This document shows, in pieces, positions 38,545-48,941 of a DNA stretch of 64,000 nucleotides. Numbering within the stretch: position 1 is the stretch's first letter; each line of letters begins with the position of its first letter. Position numbers and translations under genes: made by a program. The notes beneath the pieces were generated by a model. That model was not told the DNA's origin, ran no database searches, and saw only the letters and a program-made list of their open reading frames with translations. The stretch is from Candidatus Poribacteria bacterium (GTDB lineage Bacteria; Poribacteria; WGA-4E; WGA-3G), in contig CAXXLX010000001.1 of the NCBI GenBank assembly GCA_963665235.2, positions 1,408,001 through 1,472,000 of the forward strand. The letters run 5' to 3'.

Positions 38545-39726
38545 ATGTTAGATGAAATGACGAATCGGTACGCTGAAGCACAACAGCGCAAAATTCGGAC
38601 CCGTTCCATGATTTTGCTATCGCTTATTCTGCATATGAGCCTAGGGATTGTTTACCTTTTCTTACCTATCAATGCAGTAGACAACGAACAGACAGATGCA
38701 TTTGCTATTGACCTCATTGACAATATGGAACCCCCGCGGAAGCGAATGCATCGACCGAAACCCCCGCTGCGAAAAAAGATGTACGATCCCAGTGAAGAAC
38801 TCGCTAGAGAAGCACAGCGAAAGAAAATCGAAACGGCGAAGAACAAACAGGACGAAGTTGTCAAACTCAGCGAACGTGTTCTTCTGCATGATGTTGAACT
38901 CAACGATGCACCCTTGCGCGATAACCTCCCTTTGATGACGGATGCTAGACTGCGCGAATCCCCCAACTCAATCCTGAGTAAACTCTATTCACAACCTGGA
39001 GAGACTGATGGGAAAGGGCTGGTTACTGGACGCGTTCGTGTCCGCGGCGATGGCATAGGCAAATTCCGAGGCGATTCACAAGACGGCGGCGATAATGGAA
39101 TCCTCGGGGGCGGCGGAAAAGATGGTTATAAAGATGGACTCGGGCTCATCGATTTTCTCAATGAATTTGACGGACCCCAAAATGTCATTTACTGCCTCGA
39201 CGTTTCCGCAAGCATGCAAGCCGCCGGCCTGAACAAATTGGAATTGGCAATTGAATCAATTCAGAATTCTATTCTGATGCTCGGCAGCGATGATATGTTC
39301 AATATCGTTGCGTTCTCCACCCGCGCCAAAGCGATGTCTAACAAAATGCTATCGTCAAACCCCACAAGCATTACGAGTGCTTTAAATTACCTCGAGAACT
39401 TCACACCTGAAAGCATTCAAGGCAACGTAGGCACAAATATCCTCGCTGCACTTGAAACCGCACTGAAGCTCGATTCTTCCGTTATTGTTCTGGTGACAGA
39501 TGGCCTCCCTACCACAGTCAAGGGATATACTATTGAAACGGATACGGAGAAGATTCTCAATACCGTGCGCGAAAGGAACGCTAACCAAGCAAGTATCTAT
39601 GTGGTCGCCCTCGAAATTGATTTGAGACTCTCACCCGGCGCACAATTGCTTGTGTCCCTCACGGAAGAACACAACGGTAAGCTAAAGGTCGTTGACACCG
39701 AAAAACTGATTGAGTTAAAAAAATAA
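38545..39726 (+). CDS. Membrane-anchored VWA domain protein
   Basis: SLILH anchor, DVSASM MIDAS, GTN, LVTDG. Confidence 0.85.
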   Translation: MLDEMTNRYAEAQQRKIRTRSMILLSLILHMSLGIVYLFLPINAVDNEQTDAFAIDLIDNMEPPRKRMHRPKPPLRKKMYDPSEELAREAQRKKIETAKNKQDEVVKLSERVLLHDVELNDAPLRDNLPLMTDARLRESPNSILSKLYSQPGETDGKGLVTGRVRVRGDGIGKFRGDSQDGGDNGILGGGGKDGYKDGLGLIDFLNEFDGPQNVIYCLDVSASMQAAGLNKLELAIESIQNSILMLGSDDMFNIVAFSTRAKAMSNKMLSSNPTSITSALNYLENFTPESIQGNVGTNILAALETALKLDSSVIVLVTDGLPTTVKGYTIETDTEKILNTVRERNANQASIYVVALEIDLRLSPGAQLLVSLTEEHNGKLKVVDTEKLIELKK

Positions 39727-39809
39727 ACCGCTCCACCGCGGTTTGTTTGTGAGAGCACTGTACTTTGTAGAGGGAAGTGCAGTGCCTTGCATGTCCTAGG
39801 AAAACGGTT

Positions 39810-40616
39810 ATGAATCAAAAATCGGCTATAGGTGTCATCCATCAATTTCGGTTGGATGGCAAGGTGAGTCTTGTCAGTGGGGCAAGTCGCGGCATTGGGC
39901 TTGCAATGGCGGAGGGACTTGCAGGCGCAGGCTCTGAACTCGTCATTGCTGGCAGGGATATGACAACGCTCAAACCGGTTGCCGAGCGAATTGCTACCGA
40001 AACCGGCAATACCGTGCTGCCTATCCAAGCGGATATCAGCAACCTCGCGGAAATTGACGCACTCGTCACACAAACCGTGGAAACCTTCGGTCGCCTCGAT
40101 GTGCTTGTGAACAATGCCGGGGTCAATGTTCGGAACCCAGCACTAGAATTCACCGAAACAGATTGGGATTTCGTCACAGATGTTAATCTGAAAGGCGCGT
40201 TTTTTCTGGCGAAAGCGTGCGGAAAGGTGATGCAGCAGCAAAAGTCCGGTAAGGTCATCAACACCCTTTCCCTCACATCTGCCATTGGGCTTCCGACAAG
40301 TGTCGCTTACACTGCCGCGAAGGGCGGGCTCATGCAACTCACGAAGCTGCTCGCCGTAGAATGGGCGGAGTATAACATTCAGGTCAACGGCATCGCCCCC
40401 GGCTTCATCCGAACAGAGATGACAGCACCCGCCCGAGAAGATAGCCGAAACGAATGGATTCTCAATCGAACCCCCGCGTATCGATGGGGAGAACCGGACG
40501 ACCTTGCAGGCTTGACGCTTTTTTTCGCATCTAACGCCTCCGACTTTGTCACCGGCCAGATGGTGTTCGTCGATGGCGGATTCATGGCAGGCAGTGACTG
40601 GAGGCGACGTTCTTAA
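39810..40616 (+). CDS. SDR oxidoreductase (gluconate 5-dehydrogenase/KduD-like)
   Basis: GASRGIG, NNAG, YTAAK, VDGG. Confidence 0.92.
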   Translation: MNQKSAIGVIHQFRLDGKVSLVSGASRGIGLAMAEGLAGAGSELVIAGRDMTTLKPVAERIATETGNTVLPIQADISNLAEIDALVTQTVETFGRLDVLVNNAGVNVRNPALEFTETDWDFVTDVNLKGAFFLAKACGKVMQQQKSGKVINTLSLTSAIGLPTSVAYTAAKGGLMQLTKLLAVEWAEYNIQVNGIAPGFIRTEMTAPAREDSRNEWILNRTPAYRWGEPDDLAGLTLFFASNASDFVTGQMVFVDGGFMAGSDWRRRS

Positions 40617-40617
40617 G

Positions 40618-40854
40618 ATGAAAAAAGATGCTGACACGGTGCAAGCCAAAAATCCTGCAGCATTGGTGGAAGTCGGGCAGATCCTACACGAATTCGAGTT
40701 GGACAGCGCTTTGCTCTTTGACCATACCCCTGTTTTACGTATACAGGTTTCGGATGGCCAATTTGAACGTGCCCTTCAGGTGCGAGAAACCTTGGTGGAG
40801 CGGATAAAACCCCTCGGATTCCGCTTCGTTGCACTCGATTTGGATGAATTGTAG
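40618..40854 (+). CDS. Small protein resembling the LarE C-terminal domain
   Basis: LRIQV...RETLVERIKPLGFRFVALDL. Confidence 0.55.
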   Translation: MKKDADTVQAKNPAALVEVGQILHEFELDSALLFDHTPVLRIQVSDGQFERALQVRETLVERIKPLGFRFVALDLDEL

Positions 40855-40943
40855 AACGTGAGAAGCAGGAATAGGTTACCCACTGGTGCACAATAGACAT
40901 ATCATAATAAACCTATGCCACCTTTGAAAGGAGAGATTCAAAA

Positions 40944-42650
40944 TTGATTAATATTCAACCGAAGTTCATTAAGTTTGCAGACCTTCTTGAAAAACGCCTA
41001 TTCCGTATTCCTCACTATCAGCGTGCTTATTCATGGGGACGTGCAGAGCGTGAGGATATGTTCAACGACATTCGCAAGTTAAAGGGGAAACCAGGGTCTT
41101 CACATTTTATGGCGACAGTCGTTGGGCTGCGTCGTGAAACTGTTCCAATCGTAACGGATGAATATGATGTTATCGAAATTGTGGATGGACAACAACGATT
41201 AACAACGCTTGTGATTCTGCTAAAGATGATTGCACAAGAACTGGAATCATCGCTGACAGATGACGACAAAGCTGCACTTACCACAGAGGCGCGTCTTGAA
41301 CGGGAACTTCAAGAACTTCTCGTAAAACAGGATGAGTTAAGTCTGATTTTACTACAAACCAATCATGACCGGAGTCAACACTTTGCCAACTTTCTGAGAG
41401 AGGGAACGTCCCCGCCAGTTTCAGAGGCACGAACTCTGGCAGATCGCGAACTATTAAGTGCAATCCACGAATGCAAATCTTTTGTCAAGAAATGGGGAGA
41501 TGCAACTGAACTTTTACGATGCTTAAAAAATCAACTCTGGTTCATTTTTCATGAGACTCATGACGAGGAAACCGTCTATACCGTTTTTGAGGTGTTAAAC
41601 AACAGAGGGCTTGAGGTTTCTTGGTTGGCGAAACTCAAAAGTAGACTTATGGAAGTCGTTTTTGAGACAGATCAGGGCAATCGTTCCGAACATATAGATG
41701 AACTTCATCGCATTTGGGGAGCCTTCTATGAAATCGTAGGGCTGCGTAAAGGTGTAGACACCGAAGCTCTCAGATTCGCATCAACACTACTCAGGTCTCA
41801 AGACAGCGTCAGCAAAGTTCTTAATGAAGAAAAGGCTGTAAATCGTTTGATGTCTGAAGTAGACACAAACGTTCCTAAAACCATTGAAATCTCAAACTGG
41901 CTCCTAAAGGTCGTCAACGCCGTCAACCGGCTTCAGGAGGAGATGAGACAACCTGTAACCAAAATCCTCCACGCAAACTTGCTTGCCATCGCAATTATGC
42001 TCCGAGATTTTCCTGACCAAGAAGAAAGAAAACTTCTCGATCAATGGGAAAAAACATCTTTCCGTATTTTTGGATTATGCCGGAAAGATGCCCGGACAGG
42101 TGTCGGAGACTTCGTCCGATTAGCTAGGGAGACCTATAATGACTTAGATTTGAGTAGCGATGACATTTCAGAAAGGATACGCAAGATCGGAGCAGATCAC
42201 TCTATTGATGATGCAAGCAATCAACTTTACAATGCTGACTGTTATACCAAATGGAAAGAAGAAATTCTTTATTTGCTGTATCGTTACGAGGAACACCTCG
42301 CTGGAGATCTTGATCCGACATTTCGCAATGAGCAGTGGAATCGGATTTGGGAACAATCCCCTATGAATTCCATCGAACACATACTGCCACAATCAAAAGG
42401 GAGTCAACACAGTTCGGAAAAAGAAATTTTCGTCCATCGACTCGGAAATTTGCTGCTCTTACCTCCTGGGCTCAATTCTAAGCTCGGCGATAAAGATCCG
42501 CAAGAGAAGGCAAACGCCTATCGCCAGACAGGCCTTCTCATTGCAGGAGATGTTGCCAAGACAATTGAGAAGCACGGGTGGGATGAGCTGGAGATTGCAA
42601 CCCGAGAGAAAAAAATCATTGACTGGGTTTTAGAGGAATACGACTGCTAA
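40944..42650 (+). CDS. GmrSD-like DUF262-DUF1524 protein (type IV restriction family)
   Basis: IPHYQRAYSW, VDGQQRLTT, FEVLNNRG, SIEHILPQ, LGNLLLL..NS. Confidence 0.9.
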   Translation: MINIQPKFIKFADLLEKRLFRIPHYQRAYSWGRAEREDMFNDIRKLKGKPGSSHFMATVVGLRRETVPIVTDEYDVIEIVDGQQRLTTLVILLKMIAQELESSLTDDDKAALTTEARLERELQELLVKQDELSLILLQTNHDRSQHFANFLREGTSPPVSEARTLADRELLSAIHECKSFVKKWGDATELLRCLKNQLWFIFHETHDEETVYTVFEVLNNRGLEVSWLAKLKSRLMEVVFETDQGNRSEHIDELHRIWGAFYEIVGLRKGVDTEALRFASTLLRSQDSVSKVLNEEKAVNRLMSEVDTNVPKTIEISNWLLKVVNAVNRLQEEMRQPVTKILHANLLAIAIMLRDFPDQEERKLLDQWEKTSFRIFGLCRKDARTGVGDFVRLARETYNDLDLSSDDISERIRKIGADHSIDDASNQLYNADCYTKWKEEILYLLYRYEEHLAGDLDPTFRNEQWNRIWEQSPMNSIEHILPQSKGSQHSSEKEIFVHRLGNLLLLPPGLNSKLGDKDPQEKANAYRQTGLLIAGDVAKTIEKHGWDELEIATREKKIIDWVLEEYDC

Positions 42651-42769
42651 AATTATATTTGATTTTCACCCGGTTATATGGTATAATTTTAAAGCAAATT
42701 TGGGAAGTCAACGCTTGATAAAGCCTGATGTTCATGCTCAGAGATTCGATGAAACTATAGCAGGGCTGA

Positions 42770-43870
42770 GTGAAGCAAAAAATATCGCAAAACGTAAGGA
42801 ACGCAATGCAGAAATCTGCACAAGAACCCGCACCAACAAGAGACCTTGTCACCGCTTATCTCAGCGAAGTCAAAAATAGAGTGGATGCTTGTATCTTTGA
42901 TTTCCTCCCGACGACGCATGAACATCCGGATGTGCAACAACTGTATCAGATGATGTTAGATTATCCGCGCCGCGCGGGGAAAGGCCTAAGACCCGCACTT
43001 TGCTTGCTTATCTGTGAGGTATTCGGCGGCAACGCAGAACGCGCAGTGAATACTGCAGCTGCCCTAGAACTGCTACAGAATTGGCTCTTAATCCACGACG
43101 ATATCGAGGATGGGTCTGAACTCCGCCGAGGTGAACCGTGCCTCCATCAAAAGCATGGGATTCCGATGGCTATCAATGTCGGGGACGCACTCCACTGTAA
43201 AATGTGGGAGATGCTGCACCGAAACACACATATCCTTGGACACCCACTCGCCTTCCGCATCTTATCTGAATTCATACAATTGAGCAACCAAGTCGTCGAA
43301 GGGCAACACATTGAACTTAGCTGGGTCCGCGATAATCGATGGAACCTTGATGAAGGCGATTACCTAACGATGTGTATACAGAAAACAGCGTGGTATACCT
43401 GTATCACGCCGTGTCGTGTCGGTGCAATCATTGGCGGGGCAGAAAACGCGGACGTGGATGCCTTTGTCGAACTCGGCAAAGACCTCGGCGTTGCCTTCCA
43501 AATTCAGGATGATGTTCTCAATCTGATTGGCGATGTCGGAAGATATGGAAAAGAAATCGCTGGGGACATTAGTGAGGGGAAACGCACGCTTGTACTCATA
43601 CATCTCTTCAAAGCATGCACCGCTACGGAAGCACAACATGTGATTGACATCATGGCACGCCCCCGAGAGGAGAAAACGGAGGAGGAAGTCCAGTCTGTTT
43701 TGCACTTGATGCAGAAATACAACTCTATCGATTACGCCCAACAACGTTCTAAAACGTTGCTACAGGAAGCAGCTAGACAATTCACACAGAATTTCGCACA
43801 CCTGCCTGAAAGTCAAGCAAAACATCTGTTTTTATCTCTAATTCATTTTTTTGTTGAACGCGAATACTAG
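42770..43870 (+). CDS. Polyprenyl diphosphate synthase
   Basis: GKGLRP, HDDIED..RRG, GQ, KTA, FQIQDD, EGK. Confidence 0.93.
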   Translation: MKQKISQNVRNAMQKSAQEPAPTRDLVTAYLSEVKNRVDACIFDFLPTTHEHPDVQQLYQMMLDYPRRAGKGLRPALCLLICEVFGGNAERAVNTAAALELLQNWLLIHDDIEDGSELRRGEPCLHQKHGIPMAINVGDALHCKMWEMLHRNTHILGHPLAFRILSEFIQLSNQVVEGQHIELSWVRDNRWNLDEGDYLTMCIQKTAWYTCITPCRVGAIIGGAENADVDAFVELGKDLGVAFQIQDDVLNLIGDVGRYGKEIAGDISEGKRTLVLIHLFKACTATEAQHVIDIMARPREEKTEEEVQSVLHLMQKYNSIDYAQQRSKTLLQEAARQFTQNFAHLPESQAKHLFLSLIHFFVEREY

Positions 43871-43944
43871 AGGCATTGTCGGGGTTTTCTCCCGACCTAC
43901 AAATTTTTGTTGAACATGAATAATAGGAAGGAGTATACATTTTT

Positions 43945-45015
43945 ATGAAAACTACCGCTATTTCATCCGGAAAGTTAAGAGGATTTATAAAACTTGCCGA
44001 TGCAAACGGGCGATTTAAAATGATGGCAATCGATCAGCGCGGTTCCATGGTACAGGCATTAGCGGATGCCCTTGATACCGACAAGACAAATGTCAAATAC
44101 ACTGATGTCGCAGCACTTAAAACATTGATAACACGAGTGCTTGCCCCGAATGCCACCGCCGTTTTGACGGACCCTATTTATGGACACCCCTATTCAATTA
44201 CAGCCGTTCCGCGCGATGCCGCACTGCTTTTGGCTTACGAAGAGTCCGGCTACGTCAGCGAAGGGGTCTCAGAAAATGAGCGGCTCTCCAACCCAATTGA
44301 AAACTGGACAATAGAGAAGGCACACCGGGCTGGTGCAGACGCAATTAAACTTCTCGCTTATTACCATCCGGACGCTTCCACAGAAACACTTCAACATCAG
44401 CAAGCTTTTGTCCAGCACGTTGGCGACGAATGTGAAAAGCACGACCTGCCGTTTCTGCTTGAACTCGTGAGTTATGCCTTAGAGGGCACAACCAAAAGTC
44501 TCGCGTTCGCGAAGCAGAAACCGGACCTCGTCATTCGAAGTGTTCAAGAGTTCGCTGACCCTACCTATAAGGTCGATATTCTCAAATTGGAATTCCCTGC
44601 TGACCTCAAATATACCGCGGAATATCAGGACCAGCCCTTTGCCGCTGGCGAAACGGCTTACAGCTTAAGCAGTGTAAAGGACATCTGTCAACAACTAGAC
44701 GAGACCTCCACACTGCCTTGGGTCATTTTGAGCGCAGGCGTGGATATTGAGGAGTTTATTGCGAACGTCCAACTCGCTACTGAAGCCGGGGCAAGCGGTT
44801 TTCTTTGCGGGCGCGCTATTTGGAAAGAGGCTGTCCAATATTATCCTGACACGGACGCTGTCACGCAATTTCTTGAAACGGAAGCAACCACTAATTTCGA
44901 GAACGCGAACGCAGCCGCAGAAAAAGCCTTACCGTGGTTTGACCATCGCTACTTCGGGGGCACAGAAAACGTCCAACTCGCAAAGCAATCCGAAAACTGG
45001 CATCAAGACTACTAA
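43945..45015 (+). CDS. lacD: Tagatose 1,6-diphosphate aldolase family
   Basis: AIDQRG, LLLAYE, DILKLEFP, WVILSAG, GFLCGRAIW. Confidence 0.88.
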   Translation: MKTTAISSGKLRGFIKLADANGRFKMMAIDQRGSMVQALADALDTDKTNVKYTDVAALKTLITRVLAPNATAVLTDPIYGHPYSITAVPRDAALLLAYEESGYVSEGVSENERLSNPIENWTIEKAHRAGADAIKLLAYYHPDASTETLQHQQAFVQHVGDECEKHDLPFLLELVSYALEGTTKSLAFAKQKPDLVIRSVQEFADPTYKVDILKLEFPADLKYTAEYQDQPFAAGETAYSLSSVKDICQQLDETSTLPWVILSAGVDIEEFIANVQLATEAGASGFLCGRAIWKEAVQYYPDTDAVTQFLETEATTNFENANAAAEKALPWFDHRYFGGTENVQLAKQSENWHQDY

Positions 45016-45090
45016 GGCTACGAACAAGCGGAGGCCTAACGTTTAGCGTTGTGAACAGCGAACGCGTTTCTCTAGCTACAGATGCCGCCT

Positions 45091-45561
45091 TTATGGCAAC
45101 GCATGCTCAATTTTCTCAAGAATCTTGCGTGCAATCTCAAACGTCGTCTCAGCAGAGACCTGTCCACCAATTTCGGCGACGAGCACAACAACGGTGTGCC
45201 GGACGAAAAGCCAATTCGCATCCGCATGCCATACTGCATCGCCAAGGTCAACTTCGTCTGTAGAGACCGGCTGATAGATAGAGTCAGGGCCACCGAATTT
45301 CGGCACAGTTCGCGCGGATAGCCGAAAGCGTCCCTTATCGGCAGCTGTCTGCGCGTCATCCGTCGACTGGAAAAACCAATAATTGATAGCTACCTGCTCC
45401 GCAGCGGCACCGTTCAGCCACCACCGGTCGCGCCAACCGAATTCGGCAGACGGTTTGCTCGGGGCAGTTGGCGAATACAGTTCCTGTGATGAACTGTGCC
45501 GCGCAGCGAATTCCGATAAATCTTCTGTTGTTAATTGAATTGAGTCTAATGTAATGTTCAT
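45091..45561 (-). CDS. Hypothetical protein
   Basis: 156-aa ORF filling the gap between + strand genes; no motif recognised. Confidence 0.6.
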   Translation of the reverse strand: MNITLDSIQLTTEDLSEFAARHSSSQELYSPTAPSKPSAEFGWRDRWWLNGAAAEQVAINYWFFQSTDDAQTAADKGRFRLSARTVPKFGGPDSIYQPVSTDEVDLGDAVWHADANWLFVRHTVVVLVAEIGGQVSAETTFEIARKILEKIEHALP

Positions 45562-45688
45562 ACTAAATATGATACCATGTCATCCCTGAAAATTTCCAAT
45601 TAAAAACGCACATTGCAGAATTTTTGAAGAATATTTCATCAAAAAGCAACTAACTTACAAAACAATTCATTTCTATAGTTGAGAATTT

Positions 45689-46888
45689 ATGAAAATACTG
45701 GCACGTTATACCCTTAAAGAGTTCTTCCTCCCTTTTTTAATAGCACTCATCTGCTTCACCTGTATCATACTTTTCGATGAAATGTTTCGGTTAACCAAGC
45801 TTTTCGTGAAGAAAGGGGTGAACCCGTTTTATCTGATTGAGTCGTTAGTATATGTGATGCCGGCTACAATCGTTTTAGCTATCCCCATGGCAGCGTTAGT
45901 CGCAATTTTACTGACGCTCGGGAGATTCGCTACCGACAATGAGATTATCGCAATGAAGGCACACGGCATCGCCTTCCACCAACTTATGATACCGCTTTTA
46001 AGCACCACAGTGCTGTTGAGCGTAGTTGACTTAGCGATGATAGAGTATGTCCTGCCGCAAGCAACCCTCGCTTCTGTGTCCCTTAAGCGCGATATACGCA
46101 GACACAACCCCGCAATCGTTTTGGAAGAAGGCACCGTCATGAAGGAACTCGAAAAGGAGGGAAAACTCTGGATGTATGAATCTATGGATTCAAAAACGGA
46201 ACAGATGCAGAACGTCAAAATTTGGGATGGAATTTGGGCAGGAAACCCACGTTTCATCCACGCACAATCGGCAACGCTCGGATTTGAAGCGGGGAGAGCT
46301 ATGTTGACGCTTTACGATGGACACGCCTATGAACCCCAAGACGATTCACAAAGTTTCAGAGTCACCCAATTTCAGAAGCAACGGCTCGCCCTCGATTTGA
46401 AGGAGGACCTGGAACGGAGTAAAACTCAGACCGAACACCCCCAAACCATGCGTATCGGACAACTCAAAACCCACATCGCTAAATTGGAAAACGCGCTGAA
46501 ACCGAACAAACAATCGGAATACGCACTCAATAGACTCCGCTACGCCAAGGTTGAATACCACAAAAAATTTGCGCTTCCATTTGCCTGCCTGGCATTTGGA
46601 TTAATCGGTATTCCGTTCGGATTCCTAGTGAAACAGAACGGCAGAATGATTGGGTTTGGACTCGGCCTCGGTGTGATACTCGGATATTACCTCCTGCTTC
46701 AGATTGCCCAAAACACCGGGACGAAGGGAACATTGCCGCCCATGCTCGCTATGTGGCTGCCGAACCTTGTTGTCGGCACGCTCGGAATCGCACTGAATAT
46801 CCGTATGATAGCGGAAGGAAAACTCAGAACCTGGCGCGACAGCGACAAAAAATTACCACGATTCGTTAAGAGAAACGTAGAATCTTAA
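45689..46888 (+). CDS. lptF: LPS export permease LptF-like
   Basis: ILARY, DNEIIAMKAHG, LYDG, KFALPF, WLPN. Confidence 0.85.
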   Translation: MKILARYTLKEFFLPFLIALICFTCIILFDEMFRLTKLFVKKGVNPFYLIESLVYVMPATIVLAIPMAALVAILLTLGRFATDNEIIAMKAHGIAFHQLMIPLLSTTVLLSVVDLAMIEYVLPQATLASVSLKRDIRRHNPAIVLEEGTVMKELEKEGKLWMYESMDSKTEQMQNVKIWDGIWAGNPRFIHAQSATLGFEAGRAMLTLYDGHAYEPQDDSQSFRVTQFQKQRLALDLKEDLERSKTQTEHPQTMRIGQLKTHIAKLENALKPNKQSEYALNRLRYAKVEYHKKFALPFACLAFGLIGIPFGFLVKQNGRMIGFGLGLGVILGYYLLLQIAQNTGTKGTLPPMLAMWLPNLVVGTLGIALNIRMIAEGKLRTWRDSDKKLPRFVKRNVES

Positions 46889-46912
46889 TCCGAAAAAAAT
46901 AGGACAAATCGC

Positions 46913-47974
46913 TTGAACATTCTAGACCGGTATCTGCTCAAGGAATATCTCAAAGCCTTCCTTGTTGGCTTCTTTTTCTTTAGTGCCCTGGTTGTACTCG
47001 TCCGCTTGTTGGACAAGGACATCAAAAAATTTGAAGAGGGTATTACATATCTCACCGCTGTGAAAATTGTGCTGTACCAGGCACCCCGGCGTATTATGGA
47101 AATTGTACCTGTCGCTGGGTTTGTGGCTATCTTCTTTGCACTCGGTCGAATGGTAAAAAGCAACGAATTCGTCGCGATGAAAGCTGGCGGCATCAGTGTT
47201 TACCGCATCCTCACACCTGTTCTCATCGTAACGCTGCTTATCTGCACACTTTTTGCCGTCTTTTACGATAGAGTTGCCGCACCGGCTTACCATGAAGCCA
47301 TCCGCTTACAGAAAAAAAATGTGCTGCCCCGAGGCGGCAGACGGCTTGTCTTTAAAGGAAAAAACAATCGCATCTTTTATTCGCAGCGAATCAATCTAGA
47401 AACCCAAGAAATTAATAAATTGACGATTTGGGATTTCGCTGACGAACACCTCATCCGAATCATTTTCGCACGCACAGCAACCTGGACACCTACACACTGG
47501 CGCCTGACCGATGGCGACATCCGCCACTTCGAAAACGAAATGGAGGTCGCTTACGAGACCTTCGAAACAAAATCGATAGAACGGCATGAAGACCCAGCAC
47601 GGTTCATCGGCAGCAACAAAGACCCTAGAGGCATGACCATTAAAGAACTTAAAGAACAAATTGCCTATAAACAGTTAGCAGGCCAAATATCCCGAATTGA
47701 ACAGGTCAAGTTGCATCACAAAATGGCATATCCGTTTGCGGCTGTCGTTGTCGTCATGTTAGGCGCGCCGATTGCCATCCGCTTCGGAAAAGCCGGGTTC
47801 TTCGCAGGGTTGGTTATCGCTTTTTTCCTCGTCTTTATCTATTGGGCCCTCTCGTTCGCAACCCTTGAAGGGCTCAGTGAAAATGGAAAGCTCCATCCAT
47901 TTCTTGCGTGTTGGGGTGCAAATATTCTGTATGCTATTATCGGCAGCATCCTGATATGGAACACGCCAAAGTAG
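46913..47974 (+). CDS. lptG: LPS export permease LptG-like
   Basis: ILDRY, NEFVAMKAGG, WRLTDG, KMAYPF, W.AN. Confidence 0.85.
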   Translation: MNILDRYLLKEYLKAFLVGFFFFSALVVLVRLLDKDIKKFEEGITYLTAVKIVLYQAPRRIMEIVPVAGFVAIFFALGRMVKSNEFVAMKAGGISVYRILTPVLIVTLLICTLFAVFYDRVAAPAYHEAIRLQKKNVLPRGGRRLVFKGKNNRIFYSQRINLETQEINKLTIWDFADEHLIRIIFARTATWTPTHWRLTDGDIRHFENEMEVAYETFETKSIERHEDPARFIGSNKDPRGMTIKELKEQIAYKQLAGQISRIEQVKLHHKMAYPFAAVVVVMLGAPIAIRFGKAGFFAGLVIAFFLVFIYWALSFATLEGLSENGKLHPFLACWGANILYAIIGSILIWNTPK

Positions 47975-47976
47975 GG

Positions 47977-48597
47977 ATGTGGCTCATGCTTCCTTCAAAA
48001 ATCGGTAACCTCTTCTTCAAAATCCGGAGTTTCACACCGATTCCATTTATCCTTGCCCTCCTCTACTTCTCCGCACCGACAGGATACACGGTAGCGATAG
48101 GTATACCTATTATGGCTATCGGCGAATGTCTCCGAATCTGGGCGGTCGGCTACGCGGGGGCATCGACCCGCGCACGAAGCCTCGGCACCGCACGTGACCT
48201 CGTCACAACCGGACCCTACAGCTACGTCCGCAACCCCCTCTATCTCGGCAATTTTCTGCTCAGCCTCGGCGTGTGCCTCGTTGCGAATGTCTACTGGCTC
48301 ACAGTCGTGCTGTTTGTCGGCTATTTTGTCCAATACCTCCCTATTATTGCAGTGGAAGAGACGTATCTATCCGAATCCTGCGGCTCCGTATATCAGGCGT
48401 ATAAAGCACGGGTGCCGCGTTTCGTCCCGCGTTTCCGCGCCTATCCAGAGGCATCTTCACACGATTTCTCCTGGACACGCGCTGTCAAAAGTGAAAGACG
48501 CACCTTGACAGCAATTCTCTGTGTGCTCGGATTTATCTTCGCTAAACAAATAGGGCTGCCCTCTGTTCTAACCGAATTGTTGAAACGGCTAGCGTAA
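47977..48597 (+). CDS. Isoprenylcysteine carboxyl methyltransferase-family membrane protein
   Basis: LVTTGPYSYVRNPLYLG, EE.YL...G.Y..Y...VPRF. Confidence 0.88.
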   Translation: MWLMLPSKIGNLFFKIRSFTPIPFILALLYFSAPTGYTVAIGIPIMAIGECLRIWAVGYAGASTRARSLGTARDLVTTGPYSYVRNPLYLGNFLLSLGVCLVANVYWLTVVLFVGYFVQYLPIIAVEETYLSESCGSVYQAYKARVPRFVPRFRAYPEASSHDFSWTRAVKSERRTLTAILCVLGFIFAKQIGLPSVLTELLKRLA

Positions 48598-48662
48598 CTA
48601 ATACCATTTTTATTAATTATTCTATCATTACCGGTTGTTGGAAATGAAACGGAGAACGGAAG

Positions 48663-48790
48663 ACACAAACTGGAAGTTTATGCTACGATAAAGAACACAA
48701 ACTGGAAGTTTATGCTACGATAAAGAACACAAACTGGAAGTTTATGCTACGATAAAGAACACAAACTGGAAGTTTATGCTACAATAAAGA
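48663..48790 (-). repeat. Four tandem 32-bp REP-like units
   Basis: ACACAAACTGGAAGTTTATGCTACGATAAAGA x4 (one substitution in the last); reverse strand reads GTAG-CATAAACT-TCC-AGTTTGTG. Confidence 0.92.
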
Positions 48791-48941
48791 GATATTTTCA
48801 ATTAGAAATGGTATAACAAAAAAGCGATTCAAAATGCTAAAAATTTGCGATTTTTAGAAAAAAGATTGAAATTTTGCACAAATGCATGTTACAATTAATA
48901 ATAATGGATGCTATATTTCGAAACAGAAGGAGGTATATCTC

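Noticed and set aside
48663-48790. CRISPR array
   Set aside because: Units are head-to-tail with no unique spacers, no cas genes are nearby, and the unit matches a dispersed REP family.
48882-48941. Upstream-extended starts in the ORF track (also 7260, 17464, 21440, 30877, 36578, 49730)
   Set aside because: Extensions run through promoter, RBS or repeat sequence; downstream starts fit RBS position or family N-termini better.
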